A stretch of 63,598 bases of DNA, the filler included, from Octopus bimaculoides (taxonomy: Eukaryota): the NCBI RefSeq assembly GCF_001194135.2. It is 6 parts of 6 records of this genome, joined end to end, with 100 filler letters (N's around TTAATTAATTAA, not from the genome) between each part and the next. Parts side by side here need not be neighbours in the genome. Positions count along the whole stretch, not along the records: positions 56,968 to 62,302 come from NC_068999.1; positions 62,403 to 63,598 come from NW_026434489.1; 4 more parts are not named here. One strand, given 5' to 3'. The notes under the pieces are model-generated. The model did no database searches and had not been told where the DNA came from. It saw nothing but the letters and a program-made list of their open reading frames with translations. The position numbers and the translations under genes were made by a program. This document shows positions 61,937 through 63,598 of this stretch, piece after piece (position 1 is the stretch's first letter; each line of letters opens with the position of its first letter).

Positions 61937-62302
61937 TTGTTGACTCTGTTCGTTATTCAAGCTGTGTTCTTTTTGTTTGTGAGCATACACATGTATGTAT
62001 GTATGTATGTATGTATGTATGTATGTATGTATGTATGTATGTATGTGTGTGTGTATGCATGCATGTAAGTGTGTGTATGCATGTATGCTTATGTTCGTAT
62101 GTGCATATGTATATATGTGTGTACGCTTGTATGTATGTATTCTGCATATTCATGTTTGTGTGTTTGTGTGTTTTTATGTGTGTGTGTGTTTGCATGTGCG
62201 TATGTGTACCTCTGTCTCCTTGTATGTGCATATCTGAGTGTGTCTGTGTATGGGGTTTTGTGTCTATGTACTGTGTCTGTATGTATGGATGTGTATCTCC
62301 AT

Positions 62303-62402
62303 NNNNNNNNNNNNNNNNNNNNNNNNNNNNNNNNNNNNNNNNNNNNTTAATTAATTAANNNNNNNNNNNNNNNNNNNNNNNNNNNNNNNNNNNNNNNNNN
62401 NN
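62303..62402. other. Assembly spacer: 44 N + TTAATTAATTAA + 44 N
   Basis: 12-mer at 62347-62358. Confidence 0.95.
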
Positions 62403-63598
62403 AGAGGAGAGATAGAAAGACATATATCTGTCTTTCTCTTTTGATACCTCTTCAGATATCTCACTGGTTTTGTCTGTCACTCTCATCCAACCCTATTTTT
62501 TCCCTATTCATATATTTCTTGATATATTTTGTATTATCTCCTTCTTACTTTCTCTTACTGTCTGTCTCTTCTCTTGTTCTCAATACACATGCACACATGT
62601 ATATATATATGTGTGTGTGTGTATACATATATACATGCACACATGTATATATGTACATATATATACATATGTACATATATAGTGAGACACACACACACAG
62701 ATATTTCACTCACCTTCACTCTTCCTTGATATGCTCATACAGACATACATAAACCTGGAGACATACATATACAAACATGCACATGCATAAACACATTCAC
62801 ACACATACACATGCACACACAGTAAAACATACACACACTTGCAAACATACAGAAACTTACATACACATATGTACGCAATTGCTCTTAATACAAGTGTTCA
62901 TACCATCGCCAGTGTATCTGTACAATATCAAAAATATATACGCATGGTACACACGTACTTTGATATAAGCATAAGCACATACATAAATGGGGGCATATAC
63001 ACACAAATGCATGTATTCACTCATAAGTGTGCATATCTCAAATATATCTATTGAATATTATGCAATATATGTATGTATATGTGTGTGTGTGTTTATGCCT
63101 GCATATATATATTATATATATTAATATATATATATCACATATATATATATCATATATATGTATAAATATATAAATATATATATCATATATATATATAACA
63201 TATATACATACACACACATACAGAGAGAAAGAGAAATATATAACACATACATAAACACACACATAAGCACTCACATACATTCACAAACATGCATATACAT
63301 ATGCACGCACACACACTCACACGCATGTATGTGTGTATGTATATATACATGTATATATATGTAGATAAATATATAGATAAATAGATAGATAGATAGATAG
63401 ATAGATGGATAGATATCTAAATATATGTATGTTTATCTATCTATTTATCTCTCTCTGTCTATATGTATATACATATAGATAGATAGATTCACACATACAC
63501 ACACACACTCTCACATGCATATATGCATGTATGTATGTATATATACATGTATATATATATGTAGATGTATAGATAGATAGATAGATAGATAGATAGAT
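62403..63598. repeat. Low-complexity (CA/TA/GATA) microsatellite-rich segment
   Basis: Seen directly; no coding signal. Confidence 0.85.

Overview
AT-rich, microsatellite- and gap-rich eukaryotic DNA. The SINE families and the (TA)n/(TG)n/(GATA)n/(TAA)n load look like a coleoid cephalopod, probably Octopus; this is inferred from repeat recognition, not a search. Five identical 100-bp spacers (44 N + TTAATTAATTAA + 44 N) split the window into six segments, so adjacency across them is not evidence of biological linkage. I cannot identify any intact host gene, rRNA, tRNA or CRISPR array. Most listed ORFs are microsatellite or N-run artefacts. The interpretable content is decayed transposable elements: Penelope-like elements (PLEs), R4/Dong-clade, Tx1/L1, RTE, CR1-group and CRE-like LINEs, Gypsy, mariner, pogo/Tigger, hAT, MITEs and several tRNA-derived SINE families. 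The strongest unexplained signal is five hammerhead-ribozyme (HHR) folds of three architectures, all in or near PLE 3' ends. One is near-canonical (61005-61092) and has a structurally conserved paralogue (57414-57509). Two copies share a non-canonical CUGUNGA core (A6->U), and one has a compensatory U3-A8 core. There are also several perfect or near-perfect palindromes, serial R4/Dong insertions beside (TAA)n arrays, and some unidentified exon-like or decayed coding segments. TE boundaries are approximate (tens of bp) unless exact TIR/TSD positions are given. Family assignments come from motif recognition by eye.
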